Source: Mobula hypostoma (taxonomy: Eukaryota). Taken from it: a stretch of 64,000 nucleotides of DNA. The notes below the pieces were generated by a model that was given only the letters and a program-made list of their open reading frames with translations, did no database searches and was not told where the DNA came from. The stretch is from positions 88,600,001 to 88,664,000 of the forward strand of contig NC_086097.1 in NCBI RefSeq assembly GCF_963921235.1. Direction: 5' to 3'. Positions 61,940-64,000 of this stretch are shown one piece after another (position 1 is the first letter of the stretch; every line of letters begins with the position of its first letter). Position numbers and translations under genes: made by a program.

Positions 61940-63685
61940 ACTATAGGCCATAAGACATGGGAGCAGAATTAGGCCATCTGGCCCATCGAGTCTGCTCCAG
62001 CATTCAATCGTGGCTGATCCTTTTTTTTTCTATCTCCTCCTCAACCCCAGTTCCCGGACACCTCCCCGTAACCTTTGATGCCATGTCCAATCAAGAACCT
62101 ATGAATCTCTGCCTTAAATACACCCAACAACCTGGCCTCCACAGCTGTATGTTGTAACAAATTCCACAAATTTACCACTCTTTAGCTAAAGAAATTTCTC
62201 TGCATCTCTGTCTTGAAAGGGCACCCCTCTGTCCTGAGCCTGTGCCCTCTTGTCCTAGACTCCCCCACCATAGGAAGCATCCTTTCCATGTCTACTCTGT
62301 CTAGGCCTTTCAACATTTGAAAGGTTTCAATGAGATCCACCCCCTCATCCTTCTGAATTCCACTTTGTACAGACCCAGAGCCATCAAACATTTCTCATAT
62401 GATAACCCTTTTATTCAAGGACTCATCCTAGTGAACCTCCTCTGCATTCTCTCCAATGCCTGCACATCTTTTCTTAGATGAGGGGCCCAAAACTGTTCAC
62501 AATACTCAAGGTGAGGCCTCACCAGTGCCTTATAAAGCCTCAGCATCACATCCTTGCTCTTGTGTTCTAGACCCCTTGAAATGAATGCCAACATGGCATT
62601 TGTCTTCCTCACCACTGACTGAAACTACAAGTTAACCTTCAGGGTGTTCTGCGCAAGGACTCCCAAGTCCCTCTATATCTCAGATTCCTGGATTTTCTTC
62701 CTGTTTAGAAAATAGTCCGCACGTTTATTTCTACTACCAAAGTGCATGACCATGCATTTTCTAACATTGTATTTCATTTGCCACTTTCTTGCCCATTCTC
62801 CTAATCTGGCTAAGTCCTTCTGCATCCTTCCTGCTTCCTCAACACTACCTGCCCCCCACTAACCTTTGTATCATCTGCAAACTTGGCAAGAAAGCTATCT
62901 ATTCCATCATCTAAATCATTTATATACAGCATAAAAAGAAGTGGTCCCAACAAAGAACAACACTAGTCACTGGCAACCAACCAGAAAAGGATCCTTTTAT
63001 TCCCACTCACTGCCTCCTAACAATCAGCCAATGCTGTAACCATCTTAGTATTTTTCCTGTAATACCATGGGCTCTCAACTTGGTAAGCAGCCTCATGTGT
63101 GACACCTTGTCAAAGGCCTTCTGAAAGTTCAAATATACAACATCGACGGCATCCTCTTTATCTATCCTACTTGTAATCTCCTCAAAGTATTCCAACAGGT
63201 TTGTCAGGCAGGATTTTCCCTGAAGGAAAAACCATGCTGACTTTGTACTATCTTGTCCGGTGTCACCAAGTACTCCATCACCTCATTCTTAACAATTGAC
63301 TCCAACATCTTCCCAACCACTGAGGTCAGGCTGTCTGGTGTATAATTTCCTTTCTGCTGCCTTCCTCCTTTCTTAAAGAGTGAAGTAACATTTTCAATTT
63401 TTTTTTCCCTCTGATTCGGTTGACTTATGTACCTTTAAGTCTTTCAGCTTTTTGAGCATCTTCTCACTTGTAACAGTAACTACACACACTTCTCTTCCTT
63501 CACACACTACAACATCAGGCATACTGCTAGGGTCTTCCACAGTGAAGACTGACGCAAAATACTCATTTAATTCATCAGCCATCTCCTTGCCCCCCATTAT
63601 TATTTCTCCTGCTTCATTTTCTAACGGTCCTATATCCACTTTGATATTATTTGCTAGCTTGCTTTCATATTTCATCTTTTCCCTA
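61940..63685 (-). mobile_element. CR1 LINE ORF2 3' portion with deletions
   Basis: VYLNFQKAFDKVSH, LYKALVRPHLEYCEQFW, RTRGH; same family as 13320-15655. Confidence 0.95.
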
Positions 63686-64000
63686 CATCTGGAAGTAGTA
63701 GATTGCTTCCAGGAATTAACGGAAGCCATTCCATTTTTACTGATTAAGAAGCATTGTCAAGAATTACTGCTATGCAATCAAATTAAAAATAAATACACTT
63801 CTTTTGAAAATGAGATAGCAAATCGAGGCCTGGAAAGATATAGGTTCATGTGGATCCATGGGGTTAACAGTACAGATATTCAAAGCCAAGTTAAGTTTAT
63901 TGTCATATGCACAAGTAAATGTATGAAGGAGTGCAATGAAGTGCAGCATCAGAGTGACGAAAAGGTCAGCATTAGGAAAGGTGGGCCAAATAGTCTATAT

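Overview
This window is vertebrate non-genic or intronic DNA made almost entirely of nested transposable elements. The repeat families (CR1 LINEs, a V-SINE/HE1-type SINE, Deu-SINE-like remnants) suggest a cartilaginous fish, probably a ray; that is an inference. I found no host protein-coding exon I can support. Contents: about 10 CR1 copies (one with a frame-intact ORF2 carrying only 4 stops), Rex1/Babar and RTE fragments, an old L2, three Ty3/Gypsy LTR elements (one structurally complete with a tRNA-Trp PBS, one RT-less with a tRNA-Leu PBS, one SCAN-domain Gmr1-like relic), mariner and hAT MITEs, a 15-bp minisatellite, and many Penelope-like element (PLE) copies. The most interesting signal is that the PLE terminal repeat carries a minimal type-I hammerhead ribozyme (CAGTC-CTGAYGA-A-GGGT-loop-GCCC-GAAACGTY-GACTG). 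This ribozyme-bearing tail also occurs as short TSD-flanked insertions, several of them palindromic. One insertion (45541-45725) has an internal junction that falls on the predicted self-cleavage site, a possible fossil record of in-vivo ribozyme cleavage coupled to reverse-transcriptase template jumping. All calls were made by eye; no database searches were run.
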